From: Erwinia phage vB_EamM_Desertfox
Sequence record: MG655268.1
Direction: 5' to 3' (one strand)
DNA length: 40,000 nt
Under the pieces are notes generated by a model. That model was given only the letters and a program-made list of their open reading frames with translations. It searched no databases and was not told where the DNA came from. Positions within the stretch are counted from its first letter, which is position 1. Every line of letters starts with the position of its first letter. Positions 1 through 9,632 of this stretch are shown here, piece by piece. A program made the position numbers and the translations under genes.

Positions 1-585
1 GGCCACGGACTTGTTGGCCGGGTACGGGTAATCGTGGTTCAGAATAGATGACAGGTTTTTGTAGTGAAAGATGCGCACCACATTCATCTTCGACTCTTCG
101 ATCTCCGCAGGTGATAACCCAACCGCTTCGTTGTGCAGAATGTGTAACAAGTACGGCATGCACTGGTTAAACATGTCGCCGGTGACGTGGAACTTCGGGT
201 TAACGAACTGGGTGCCGTGAACATCGGCAGTCAGATCCACTTCATCGCAATCCATGATCGTATCAAACCACTCGTTACGATCTGACACGGTAAACTTGAT
301 CGGGTAGACCCCAATCAGGTTCGAACCAAAGAAGTCGATATGGTCCTGATTCTTGGTACGAAACCGGCTGGCGTATTTGGCCAGGTTCAGGGCTAAGGCT
401 TTATCGGCAACGAGCGTGGGGCAGTTCTTTTTGAATGCCTCTTTGATCGTCATGCCATTACCGGGACCAAATCCTAAGGCTTCCAAGCCTGCGGCTACAT
501 GAGCATAGCCCCGACTGTAATCGATTTCATCCTGGATCAGCCGGTTGTCAAACGGGAAAAACCCGGTCAAGAGGCTAGCTAACAT
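1..585 (-). CDS. Hypothetical protein, 5' part only, runs off the left edge
   Basis: Open reverse frame beginning at 585, manually translated MLASLLTGFFPFDNRLIQDEIDYSRGYAHVAAGLEALGFGPGNGM...; no stop through to position 1. Confidence 0.75.
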   Translation of the reverse strand, partial: MLASLLTGFFPFDNRLIQDEIDYSRGYAHVAAGLEALGFGPGNGMTIKEAFKKNCPTLVADKALALNLAKYASRFRTKNQDHIDFFGSNLIGVYPIKFTVSDRNEWFDTIMDCDEVDLTADVHGTQFVNPKFHVTGDMFNQCMPYLLHILHNEAVGLSPAEIEESKMNVVRIFHYKNLSSILNHDYPYPANKSVA

Positions 586-659
586 AATGGTTCCTTAATA
601 TTGAAGATATTGTCAAACCTATATTATCCATCTGGTAGAACATTAACTAATCAAGGACA

Positions 660-1523
660 TTGGTCATGAAAGTATTAACCTTAAGTGAATTCGCTGAATT
701 CCTGAACACCACACCGGGCACTGATCAGCTGCAGTTTGCCATCATCCCCGGACAAGTCATGACAGGTGATAACAACATCACCATCTTTGCCAAACGTGAA
801 CAGGGGGTGAACTACCTGCTCGAGCACACTTACAGCAAACCGGTAAATGTGGTTGAGATCACCGACCCGAAAGTCAGTGCAGTTATTACCGCAGCTTGTC
901 AGGATGACGAGGCGGATTGTGTACTGGCGTTCAACATGAAGTTCGACAGTATCGCTGAACTCATCCCGGCACATGAACTGTCAGTAAAAGAATCGATCAG
1001 CGTGTTCGCCAGTAAGTTAGTTGAGAAGCTGGCGGTAACAACCCCAGTGGTTTGCCGTGCAATTGACACCACCACACTCGTGCCCCGTAATGGGCTGGAC
1101 TTGGTGCTCAGTGCGGCACACTGCATAAACCTCTCATTGATCGCGTATCAGTGGGCTGGGGAAACCGTCGTTGTCATTGGAAAAGGCTTTAAGGAAGAAG
1201 TGGTACTGGACCTGGTGCGTTTTGATGCCGAGAAGCGTCATGCGTTCTTCTCCGGAATCGTGGCAGGGAAGCCCATCTATCAGCGCGTGGTCATCGATGA
1301 AGTGATGTTCAAAGGCGACCGGGCTTTCTTGAAGTGGGTCTCGTGCAATAACGTCGATGCCAGTAAAGGCGGGTCATTGTGGTGGGTGCGTCACATGGGT
1401 GTCTCGTTACATGACGAGAGCAACAGCCTGACCTTGAAAAACCCGCACATCTCGATCCGCGGTCAGCTCGACAAAATCCCTGACGAATACGACTTCGTCA
1501 ATAACCGTAACGTCATTCTCTAA
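660..1523 (+). CDS. Hypothetical protein (287 aa)
   Basis: Long ORF, tight spacing to next gene. Confidence 0.85.
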   Translation: MVMKVLTLSEFAEFLNTTPGTDQLQFAIIPGQVMTGDNNITIFAKREQGVNYLLEHTYSKPVNVVEITDPKVSAVITAACQDDEADCVLAFNMKFDSIAELIPAHELSVKESISVFASKLVEKLAVTTPVVCRAIDTTTLVPRNGLDLVLSAAHCINLSLIAYQWAGETVVVIGKGFKEEVVLDLVRFDAEKRHAFFSGIVAGKPIYQRVVIDEVMFKGDRAFLKWVSCNNVDASKGGSLWWVRHMGVSLHDESNSLTLKNPHISIRGQLDKIPDEYDFVNNRNVIL

Positions 1524-1532
1524 GAGGCAGTC

Positions 1533-2006
1533 ATGATTCCAACAAAAGCGCGTTTTGTAAAAGACATCACTGCGGTGCTCGAACACCACCAGGTCGAAGA
1601 CACCACTGTGCGGGTCTTTGAAACACAAGCCGGTAAACCTTTCCACCTGGCGATTGAAGCGGGTGTCTCGGGCGAGATCACGGACTATTTGGTGATCAAC
1701 AACAACTACGCCAAAGAGATGGTTGTTGCCTGGTTGCGTAACACCTCCGTCAATGTCTGGCCATACAGCGAAATGGACTATTCGCAAGAAGGGGTCATCA
1801 AAGCGATTATCAAAGTAGATGATCCAAGCTTTGGTGACCAGGATTACAAAGTCGCCCATTATGTCCGTGCGGCTCTGCGCTCTGCCATCAAACATGGCGA
1901 TAACGTCTGGTTGTCTACCAAAGCCGGTGCATTGCCAAGTGCCGGTACTGCATCGGGTACTATCGGGGCATCTGGCCCAGTCAGTCAAACCCGCGCTCCA
2001 CTGTAA
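1533..2006 (+). CDS. Hypothetical protein (157 aa)
   Basis: ORF starting 10 nt after previous stop. Confidence 0.8.
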   Translation: MIPTKARFVKDITAVLEHHQVEDTTVRVFETQAGKPFHLAIEAGVSGEITDYLVINNNYAKEMVVAWLRNTSVNVWPYSEMDYSQEGVIKAIIKVDDPSFGDQDYKVAHYVRAALRSAIKHGDNVWLSTKAGALPSAGTASGTIGASGPVSQTRAPL

Positions 2007-2038
2007 GTTCACCCATTAACCTTTAGTAAGGATTTATC

Positions 2039-3298
2039 ATGCAACAGTCAACTTCCCTCGGCGCTCTGCTGGACCACGCTTACCGTATGGGTGACATTCA
2101 CCTGATCATTCGTGTGGGCGAACTCGCCACCACTGTCGTTATCCCACACCGTAAAGCACGTCACGCCTGTATCGCGTTGCTGGAGTTCTTTGACCGCAAT
2201 AAGGTACTGGTTCAGCGGGTACTGGATCGCAGCGGGAATACCATCGACATCACGCTGGATGATTTCCAACATGAAGCCACCATCCCGGGCTATGATCGCG
2301 AGCACTACCTGAAGACCCTGACGCATCGGGTGGAAGCCATGGCTGCACCGGATGATGTTACTGAGCAGACAAACCAAAACGCAGGCATCTATAACCCACA
2401 TGCTGGGTTTGAGAAAGCCGCGGCAAATGTTGCGCAGTTACTTACGTCAGAGCGGCGTTATGCGTTTGTCGATCACATCGGATCTGTGGTGGGTGACGGT
2501 ATGGTCCTGGTGCGTCGTAGTGACCTGCCAAGTAATGTCCAGAACGTAACAGAAATCACCGATCCACGCTGGCTCAGTATGTTGGTGGTGAACGAATCTA
2601 CTTTCGAACGTTTACCGGCAGGGCGTGAAGTCTACGCCTATGCGCAGGCGACACGTCTAGGTGATTTGATCAATCTGCTGGGTGAAGAAGGTTTCGCCAT
2701 CGACGGGATCAGTTATCCGTGGGTGCATATCGTACGCAAAACGGATGTGGTGCGTGATGCACGTTCAGTGGAGTGGGGTCAGGTTGCGGATGAACTGACT
2801 AACGCTGAAGGGCCAGTGGATATTCGGCAGACATTCGGCTCTGGTGCACCGAACCCGTTCCTTCATGAAGATGGGAGTGTGCGCGGGTTACTGTTCTCTG
2901 GCCAGCCACAGACTTACCCAGAGCATCCAGCAACACCTGCTGAACCAGTCGTGACCAAGCTGGTCGAACACGGTATGACCCGTCAGTACGGGTCCGTGAC
3001 TCCACCACGGACGGTAACCACCTCACCATTGGGTACACCGGCGAGTGTATCGAGTGAAGCGAAGTGGGCAGCAGCCATTGCTGCAGTAGTGGCAGAGGGT
3101 TATGAGTTCCGGGATAGTAAGGAAGACATCAATCCTGAGTTGTTCAAGATTGCCTCAACGATGAGCTACTGGGCAGGATGCCAGGGCAGTGATACTCTCC
3201 AGAAACGAGATGAGGTTGTCTCTACACCGGAGCTGATGATGCTGCTGGCAGGTAAGCCTTCTGGCAGTACTGTTGATCACGAAGAGAATGACGAATAA
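2039..3298 (+). CDS. Hypothetical protein (419 aa)
   Basis: Long ORF followed by a terminator-like hairpin. Confidence 0.85.
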   Translation: MQQSTSLGALLDHAYRMGDIHLIIRVGELATTVVIPHRKARHACIALLEFFDRNKVLVQRVLDRSGNTIDITLDDFQHEATIPGYDREHYLKTLTHRVEAMAAPDDVTEQTNQNAGIYNPHAGFEKAAANVAQLLTSERRYAFVDHIGSVVGDGMVLVRRSDLPSNVQNVTEITDPRWLSMLVVNESTFERLPAGREVYAYAQATRLGDLINLLGEEGFAIDGISYPWVHIVRKTDVVRDARSVEWGQVADELTNAEGPVDIRQTFGSGAPNPFLHEDGSVRGLLFSGQPQTYPEHPATPAEPVVTKLVEHGMTRQYGSVTPPRTVTTSPLGTPASVSSEAKWAAAIAAVVAEGYEFRDSKEDINPELFKIASTMSYWAGCQGSDTLQKRDEVVSTPELMMLLAGKPSGSTVDHEENDE

Positions 3299-3308
3299 GT
3301 AAAGCTAG

Positions 3309-3348
3309 GCAGGAGGGGGTAACCTCTCCTGCTCTTTATGCTTTTTTA
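3309..3348 (+). terminator. Hairpin GCAGGAG/CTCCTGC followed by TCTTTATGCTTTTTT
   Basis: Inverted repeat 3309-3315/3326-3332 directly after a CDS, then TTTATG and a T run. Confidence 0.75.
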
Positions 3349-3643
3349 ATTTTTGTCAAATATAGTATTATGCAATTCTAGTAATTAACGACACGGTAAA
3401 GTATACTTATAAGGAGAACAGGCCAGCAATGGGGGAAACCTTTAAGGATGGGGGCTTATGCTGATATATATTACAGACAGTATTAACAGTGATATATTGA
3501 GTATATCAGCATACCGATAAGTAGCCTTATAGCTGTCAATAATCATTATCTATTATAATCCAGAGAGAACACCCTCTTAGAACAAAGATATAATAGATAA
3601 TCATTAACCTGTAATCGGATAAAAAAACCGCGAAATTGAAACC

Positions 3644-3667
3644 GGGAGGCTGAAGCCTCCCTTTATG
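3644..3667 (+). terminator. Hairpin GGGAGGC/GCCTCCC followed by TTTATG
   Basis: 7-bp stem 3644-3650/3655-3661; no T run, so only a terminator-like hairpin. Confidence 0.45.
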
Positions 3668-3812
3668 CCTGTTTAGTGTATTTTAGTAATTCATGACTAG
3701 AGTGGCTAACAGTATGAAAGTATTTAAATCTTTCACCCGAGCTAAGGGTAACGTAGAGGTTTAGATATATGCTGATTAAATTTTAATTAAGATTAAGAGA
3801 AGGATCGTTATC

Positions 3813-4238
3813 ATGACAGATCTCAACAAAGACAACTTAATGAAACCCGGGGATGTGAAAGCCTTGTTTGCCAATAACGAGCATGTCAATCTCCCGACGT
3901 TAGTCAGTGAAGTCCGTGGACTGTTTACCCTGTTGTGCAATGAACCCGAGAATGCTCGCTTCTTGTGGTTTCCGGATCATGCTTCAGTGCTCTCCTGGGT
4001 GGGGCAGTTCAGCGTGCAGTTGAAAGTCTATTTCAGCGGTGAGATTGAAGTGAGCATCAATACCGAGCTGGGGGCGTCAGTGATTGGCCAGGAACGGGCG
4101 AATGCGTTGGTGTTTGTTGATCGCATCTTACCCCTTACAGGTTACTACGCCAACATCACCCATTGGCCTGCCAAAGAGGGGCACGGTGAGATCATCCTGA
4201 TCCAGTACTTACTGAAGGCGCCGTCCGCTGACGTGTAG
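3813..4238 (+). CDS. Hypothetical protein (141 aa)
   Basis: ORF preceded by an AG-rich stretch (AAGAGAAGGA). Confidence 0.8.
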   Translation: MTDLNKDNLMKPGDVKALFANNEHVNLPTLVSEVRGLFTLLCNEPENARFLWFPDHASVLSWVGQFSVQLKVYFSGEIEVSINTELGASVIGQERANALVFVDRILPLTGYYANITHWPAKEGHGEIILIQYLLKAPSADV

Positions 4239-4309
4239 GGTTATAACTATGGGTGATTCCGTCCTTGAGTCACACCACTCAACCTGCACACGGCCGAGAC
4301 ATACGCACT

Positions 4310-4648
4310 ATGATAACACAACCCAATGTCAGATTAACCCCCGAGGACACGCAATACCGAATCTACCTGGCAAATGACTTAGGTCTGGATTCCAGCCCAA
4401 TGCTCCATCTGGAGTGGGAAAAAGGACGTAATGAGTATTTAATTGGAGACCTCATCCTGGCACGCCAAGGTGACCATTTTCTCCTGTCGATCAAAAGCTG
4501 TCGTCGTAAAACTGTCATCGCTTCTGCCAAAGTTTTAGATAACGGCTCAGTGGGCATTTATCTAAACCAGTGCTTTAGCAACATGGCCAACAAAGCAGAA
4601 TTGGTGTTGAGTTTACGCGACGCTGTGACGCGATACCTCTACTGTTAG
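4310..4648 (+). CDS. Hypothetical protein; start uncertain (4253 GTG or 4310 ATG)
   Basis: ORF track 4253..4648; first in-frame ATG is at 4310. Confidence 0.65.
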   Translation: MITQPNVRLTPEDTQYRIYLANDLGLDSSPMLHLEWEKGRNEYLIGDLILARQGDHFLLSIKSCRRKTVIASAKVLDNGSVGIYLNQCFSNMANKAELVLSLRDAVTRYLYC

Positions 4649-4756
4649 TCGTCGTATATCTTATGAAATAGACTCCTTCGCCCGCCTCCTTCTTCCTGAG
4701 GGTCGTGGGTTGAAGGGTCTATGCCGATCGATATGTAATCTAATAAATTTTGTATC

Positions 4757-4764
4757 TATATTAC
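4757..4764 (+). promoter_or_regulatory. Putative AT-rich (phiKZ early-type) promoter element TATATTAC
   Basis: TCTATATTACG in the leader upstream of the gene at 4838; the same 11-mer occurs at 24863. Confidence 0.45.
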
Positions 4765-4837
4765 GAATAGGTAATTGTTGGCCAACAACATGACAGCATT
4801 TTTATGACTGTCTTATTAACCCCCCGGAGTTGCTTCT

Positions 4838-5383
4838 ATGATGAACGAAGATTTTGTCGGTACTGGTACTTATTACAAGACCGCTGTTGAACAACCAGCT
4901 GTACCGACCGTGCCGGCAAGTGATGCACAGATCGTCGAGTCAAGCACCAAGTTTGAAGCATGGTTAGCCTCCGTGGGTTGGCCGGCATGCAAACGCCCGC
5001 GCAGCTACCCGGCGGTGGTGACCTTCTATAAAGGGAAGGCATCCACCTTTACTGCCATTGAGATCAATACCCGTACCCGCTACTACCTGGCGATCCAGCG
5101 CATCGCGGCAAACTATGCACACCTGGTCAAAGCCGAGCCGAACAAACGTCACCGGATCATCTTGCGGGGTTCATTACTGACCAGCCGTCTGGATGGACGG
5201 GTCGCAGTGGTACTGGCTGATCAAGATGTCACTGACCTGGTCGTGGGTATCGCCTACAACAAAGTCAGTGTCGTGTTTAATCCACAATCGTTCATCAACG
5301 CCATAGAGGACATCGATAACAGCTTTCGCAATCAAAACAAATGGAGCTGGTCGATTGGGCTGGAGATTGTGACATCCCGTTAG
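4838..5383 (+). CDS. Hypothetical protein (181 aa)
   Basis: ORF. Confidence 0.8.
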   Translation: MMNEDFVGTGTYYKTAVEQPAVPTVPASDAQIVESSTKFEAWLASVGWPACKRPRSYPAVVTFYKGKASTFTAIEINTRTRYYLAIQRIAANYAHLVKAEPNKRHRIILRGSLLTSRLDGRVAVVLADQDVTDLVVGIAYNKVSVVFNPQSFINAIEDIDNSFRNQNKWSWSIGLEIVTSR

Positions 5384-5395
5384 TAGGAATTGGTC

Positions 5396-5797
5396 ATGGA
5401 ACATTTAACTTTTGCTGATCTCACTGCTGATCAGTTTACTGCTTTACTTCAGACCGTTACACACCGTGTAACCATTCATTGTCCCGATAAATGGCTCTGG
5501 GTTGATTCATCTGCAAAGCAACCGCAACTTGTGGTTTCTACGCGCTTTTCAGATAAACGCAATCCTTCGGGCTGGGCGCCCTACCTTACGCGACTCAATC
5601 TTCCTTCAGATGTCGAGGTGACATCAGTGTCTGTCCTTTGGATAGAGAAGGCAGATTGGTTCTTGTATGAAGTAACTGGGGTTGATGCACAGGGGAGCTT
5701 GTGCCATCAGTTTATCAAAGCTACAGTGCAAGGGGAAAAGAAATACAAGACCCACGCACTGTGTCTCTATCGGGATCGTCTCACATTACAGGAGTAA
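5396..5797 (+). CDS. Hypothetical protein (133 aa from ATG)
   Basis: ORF track 5390..5797; ATG at 5396 with upstream AGGAATTGG. Confidence 0.75.
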   Translation: MEHLTFADLTADQFTALLQTVTHRVTIHCPDKWLWVDSSAKQPQLVVSTRFSDKRNPSGWAPYLTRLNLPSDVEVTSVSVLWIEKADWFLYEVTGVDAQGSLCHQFIKATVQGEKKYKTHALCLYRDRLTLQE

Positions 5798-5802
5798 ACC
5801 TC

Positions 5803-6075
5803 ATGAAACTAACTTTATGCCAGGCCAACGGGTATTCATTGATTCACCCGGCGTACCACAGTCACACCCCGAAGAACAACGTCGTGTTGGCGGAGGGGAA
5901 ATTATCCTTTAAAGACAACCGCTGTTTCCTCGGCACCAAAGAGATCGGTCATGTGCTGGCGAACGGCAACGTACAGCTGAACACCGATGTGGTGCTGCCC
6001 ACCCTCGGCTTTGTCACTGGGTTGCGTAACCAGATCCGCTTCCTGCACAAAACCATTGCTCGTCAGCTTCATTAA
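5803..6075 (+). CDS. Hypothetical protein (90 aa)
   Basis: ATG at 5803 preceded by AGGAG; ORF track gives a longer upstream extension overlapping the previous gene. Confidence 0.7.
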   Translation: MKLTLCQANGYSLIHPAYHSHTPKNNVVLAEGKLSFKDNRCFLGTKEIGHVLANGNVQLNTDVVLPTLGFVTGLRNQIRFLHKTIARQLH

Positions 6076-6082
6076 GGTCACA

Positions 6083-6129
6083 GGGGGTAGTTGGACTACC
6101 CCCTCGCCTTTATGCTCTCTTTTTTTTTG
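6083..6129 (+). terminator. Hairpin GGGGGTAG/CTACCCCC followed by TTTATGCTCTCTTTTTTTTT
   Basis: 8-bp stem 6083-6090/6096-6103, then a T run. Confidence 0.85.
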
Positions 6130-6284
6130 TATTTAATTACACAAGAGAGCATCGTATGTAGGTCAGTCGTGACCACCAATAGTGACAACAACTAAATTAA
6201 GTTCACCAGTACTCTTGGCGGGGGATGTGTCAGTAACGGTACGCACCCCCGTTCCTTTTTTATACCGCACCCAAATTCCCGAAC

Positions 6285-6388
6285 AGGTTGAGCAGATCAC
6301 CCAGGTCACGTTGTCCTAGCAGCGTACTTACGGCGCCCGTCGTATCAGACACCCCCTGCGTCTAAGTTTGACCCGATCTGCTCGACCT
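6285..6388 (+). ncRNA. Structured leader or small RNA closed by a 14-bp inverted repeat
   Basis: AGGTTGAGCAGATC (6285-6298) pairs with GATCTGCTCGACCT (6375-6388), 14 bp with one G-U. Confidence 0.4.
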
Positions 6389-6420
6389 TCCTTATCTACC
6401 ACTACCCTAAGGAACCTGCT

Positions 6421-6741
6421 GTGAGCGATGATATCAAAGTAACCAAACAACTGACCGTGTCCGCCCCTGAGCACGGTATCAAGGTACAGATCGACGCCCT
6501 GGCATTAAAGGACGATGAACACGCCGATCCTGAGCAGTACCGGATCATCTCAACCGCGATCGCTGAAACTGGCGGTGAGCCGTTGACGGAAGGTGAGTTC
6601 AATGATTTCCGTCGTTATGACGAAGAAGGCCGTCTGCTGTTCTCCTTCTTCCCGGCCAGTGGCATCCTTGAGATTGCCCACGGCTACGACAACGAGATCG
6701 ACCTGACTGTGGTTGTTACCCTGCGTGAAGTCGCTGCGTAA
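6421..6741 (+). CDS. Hypothetical acidic protein (106 aa)
   Basis: ORF, start GTG. Confidence 0.75.
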   Translation: MSDDIKVTKQLTVSAPEHGIKVQIDALALKDDEHADPEQYRIISTAIAETGGEPLTEGEFNDFRRYDEEGRLLFSFFPASGILEIAHGYDNEIDLTVVVTLREVAA

Positions 6742-6761
6742 TGCCTTGCTCAGGTTTAGGG

Positions 6762-6781
6762 GTGCGGCGTAACAGCCGCAC
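6762..6781 (+). repeat. Intergenic hairpin GTGCGGC/GCCGCAC
   Basis: Perfect 7-bp inverted repeat directly after the CDS. Confidence 0.6.
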
Positions 6782-6852
6782 TATCTCCGTACGGGAGAAA
6801 CGACGCCGTACTGCGCTCTATCGTGCCTTAGCTAAAGCTAGAGAGGTGTGCG

Positions 6853-7092
6853 GTGGAGCGAACTGAACTTATGGCCGGCGGGGAATACACCCACTATAAA
6901 GGCGGTTGCTACAAGGTTGTTGGGTTTACGAACCTGCATGCAAAAGACAACCCGCAGTTTATCCCGCAAGTGGTGTATCACTCGATCAGTCCGAACGACC
7001 CCCATAACTGGTACTCGCGTCCACTGAGTGAGTTCCTGGAAAAGTTCAGGCCAATTACGCCTGAAGATGTGAAGGCCGATATCGGTCTTTAA
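6853..7092 (+). CDS. Small hypothetical protein (GTG 6853 or ATG 6871)
   Basis: ORF MERTELMAGGEYTHYKGGCYKVVGFTNLHAKDNPQFIPQVVYHS...; looks like a small folded (DUF1653-type) domain, family not verified. Confidence 0.7.
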   Translation: MERTELMAGGEYTHYKGGCYKVVGFTNLHAKDNPQFIPQVVYHSISPNDPHNWYSRPLSEFLEKFRPITPEDVKADIGL

Positions 7093-7167
7093 GCACGACC
7101 CGGCTTACGAGCCACGGTGTTACGACACCACCTTTAACTACTACTCTTAACTACTAAGGAATGACTA

Positions 7168-8307
7168 ATGTCCATGATCGTGAAAATCACCTCGGGTGAA
7201 GATAAAGCTGACAACAATGTGAGCAAAGGGTTTGAACTGATCCCGGTAGCGGCCGGTATGCGCACTGCCTTTGAGCGCGATGAACAATCCCGCGCCTGGT
7301 TTAAGTTGTTCAATACGGATGCAGAAGGTATTGAACAGCAACTGCTCACCCGTCAGGTACTGGGTAACGTCTATGTGATGGAAGCCGGTAAGACTATCGC
7401 CAGTTTCTCCTCGGCCGATATCAGTGATATCCGGACGTCAGCAGAAGGCACAGTGTTCTTGAGCAGCCCTGCCAACGGTATCAGTAACCAACCTTATACC
7501 GAGCCTGCTATCTCTGAGCTCAACGTACTGGGGTATAATGACCGCCTGCACGACTATACCGAGCTACCTTTCATCACCTCAGAAGAAGTGAATGATGCCC
7601 GGGTGTTTAAGTTTCACGCCAACTCAGAGCCAGAAGTCTGGTATGTCAATGCCGATAAAAAGTGGCAGCTGCATGAGCAGGCAACACTCAACCATCGTCA
7701 GTCTGGCGCAGCACCCGGTGATCGCGCAGATGTAGAAGAGTTTGCCAAGGAGCTCACCCCGGTCGTATTTGGCAGCACCGACGTTTCAGCCAGCAATGAT
7801 AACATGATGTTTATCAAAACGTTGGCGGCGACGGTGATGACTGCACACGAGAAGAACGCCATTGACTACATGGGTCTGGAATTACTGTCAATCATTCGAG
7901 TGCCGTTCTCGCGCTTAAAAACGCTGGAAGAGTATCTGCGCGTGTGCAAGTATCCGGTGCTGTGTAAGTTCGCCACTGAAGGTACACGTATTGTGAGTTA
8001 CCATGTGCGGGCGTATGAGCCAATCAATGACATCCTGCCTGGTACCGAGCTTCTGCTCCAACGTCTCAAAAGCGAACAGAAAGGCCTGGTAAAGAACCTG
8101 GTTGATAAGATCGTTAAGTACTACCGTGCGGATTGCACCGTCGTACCGGTCGAGCCCAACCTGGTTTTTGATGCACTCGAGGATCGGGCGCTGATTGAGG
8201 AGTTCAGACGGTTGCTTAAAATCCAGCTGGACTTCATCATGAACGATGACGGTCATTGCCATACCGCAGTGATCAGTTATCCGAGTATCATCCGTATGGG
8301 TGCGTAG
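7168..8307 (+). CDS. Hypothetical protein (379 aa)
   Basis: Long ORF with upstream CTAAGGAATGACTA. Confidence 0.85.
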   Translation: MSMIVKITSGEDKADNNVSKGFELIPVAAGMRTAFERDEQSRAWFKLFNTDAEGIEQQLLTRQVLGNVYVMEAGKTIASFSSADISDIRTSAEGTVFLSSPANGISNQPYTEPAISELNVLGYNDRLHDYTELPFITSEEVNDARVFKFHANSEPEVWYVNADKKWQLHEQATLNHRQSGAAPGDRADVEEFAKELTPVVFGSTDVSASNDNMMFIKTLAATVMTAHEKNAIDYMGLELLSIIRVPFSRLKTLEEYLRVCKYPVLCKFATEGTRIVSYHVRAYEPINDILPGTELLLQRLKSEQKGLVKNLVDKIVKYYRADCTVVPVEPNLVFDALEDRALIEEFRRLLKIQLDFIMNDDGHCHTAVISYPSIIRMGA

Positions 8308-8350
8308 CAGGTATTTGTAAATAAATACTAGATATCTGCTATTACTATGT

Positions 8351-8420
8351 AAACTACGACGCTCCGAAAATCCCCCAAGATAAAGGAGTCATAACCTCTC
8401 CGTTATGCGCCTCGTAGTTT
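8351..8420 (+). ncRNA. Structured intergenic RNA element
   Basis: Outer stem AAACTACGA (8351-8359)/TCGTAGTTT (8412-8420) and inner hairpin CATAAC (8390-8395)/GTTATG (8402-8407). Confidence 0.4.
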
Positions 8421-8660
8421 TCTTTTGAGACAGGCAAGGACGTCGACTGGGTTCAGCTGATACTGTAAAGTGTTGCTGTGTGTGCCCGGTCCCTTGCCGT
8501 CTCCTTTTTCTCGATTTGTGCGATTCTCTTCCAGGCTGTTCTTACCTGATCTCGTGTCAGGAAACAGATCGAAGACAGACATGCGAATCAACTTTGGTAG
8601 TGCCTACTATATACACACTTAGCTATAAATTTTACTCAAAAGCAATATTAAGGATGACCC

Positions 8661-8828
8661 ATGGACAAGCAGAGAGAAGATTCTATCGTTGAGATGATGA
8701 CACTCGCTCAGCGATTAAATAACTTAGTCGTTGGAATGCAAGTCCGCAAAGCCCAGTTAACGTCAGGTTCCGCCAAAGTCGTCGCTGATGCAATCAGCAA
8801 AGCGAATGTGAAACCTGAGGATCACTGA
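8661..8828 (+). CDS. Small hypothetical protein (55 aa), absent from the supplied ORF track
   Basis: Manual translation MDKQREDSIVEMMTLAQRLNNLVVGMQVRKAQLTSGSAKVVADAISKANVKPEDH*; AAGGA upstream. Confidence 0.6.
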   Translation: MDKQREDSIVEMMTLAQRLNNLVVGMQVRKAQLTSGSAKVVADAISKANVKPEDH

Positions 8829-9216
8829 GGTAGCCGTAAACGTAGTGGGTATGGTGGGGATCAATGATAGCCCTGCTCGGTGAGTTTGTTAATCCCCGCC
8901 GTATCGCTTCGTAGAACACAGGGTCACTCATGACGTGGGGAGTGGCATAAACACCTGGGGTAGAAGTCCCAACTGCATCCAAAATTCAATGACGCCTGTC
9001 ACAGCCGCTTAAGCGCGCAGAAGATGACTTGTGTGCTCTGTGGCGATACTCGGACTTGCCAGCCTGTGGGGGCGGAGTAAAGTCTGGGTGTTAGCCCGCT
9101 GCCATGTTACCACGTGAAAGTCGTGGGGGCGTCACCCTATTAGATCGATCGCTGACAGTACGTGTTTATGCTTACTTGCTTCTCTGGTTACGCTAACCTA
9201 TCGTGAGGAGATAAAC

Positions 9217-9513
9217 ATGAATCTGTATATAGTCAAACGTGATGATAGAGCTGTGGATTTCGAACAGTGTGCGGGGATGGTGGTTGCTGCGTCGTCTGAG
9301 GATGAAGCTTTGCGATTGCACCCGATGGTTCTTGACTCTAGCCACCCAGACAATGCTGAGCGGCACCTGGCTGAATCGGCGGAGAACTTCGAGGATGGTA
9401 CGTTGTACGGCTGGCCTAGCCAGGACCGTTTTCACGAACTGACCATAACCTTGATAGGAACCACACACTTGACCGTTCCGCAAGTCCTGTTACACGACTA
9501 TAAAGGCGGTTGA
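9217..9513 (+). CDS. Hypothetical protein (98 aa)
   Basis: ORF with GAGGAG ribosome binding site. Confidence 0.8.
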   Translation: MNLYIVKRDDRAVDFEQCAGMVVAASSEDEALRLHPMVLDSSHPDNAERHLAESAENFEDGTLYGWPSQDRFHELTITLIGTTHLTVPQVLLHDYKGG

Positions 9514-9632
9514 TCTAAGTCCGGGGTAATACCCGGACACCCTATTCTGTTTTTCAGTACATCACTGGAAGATACTATCGAGAGCAGCCACTCCGATACT
9601 CTAACTTATAAAGTTTAAAAAGGATAATAACG

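Noticed and set aside
2048-2401. Antisense and out-of-frame ORFs of 60-200 aa (for example 1407-2012, 2799-3038, 5682-5912, 22328-22597, 25233-25664, 32291-32818, 38977-39354)
   Set aside because: They lie entirely within or opposite longer, better-supported ORFs and mirror their composition; no independent start or neighbourhood support.
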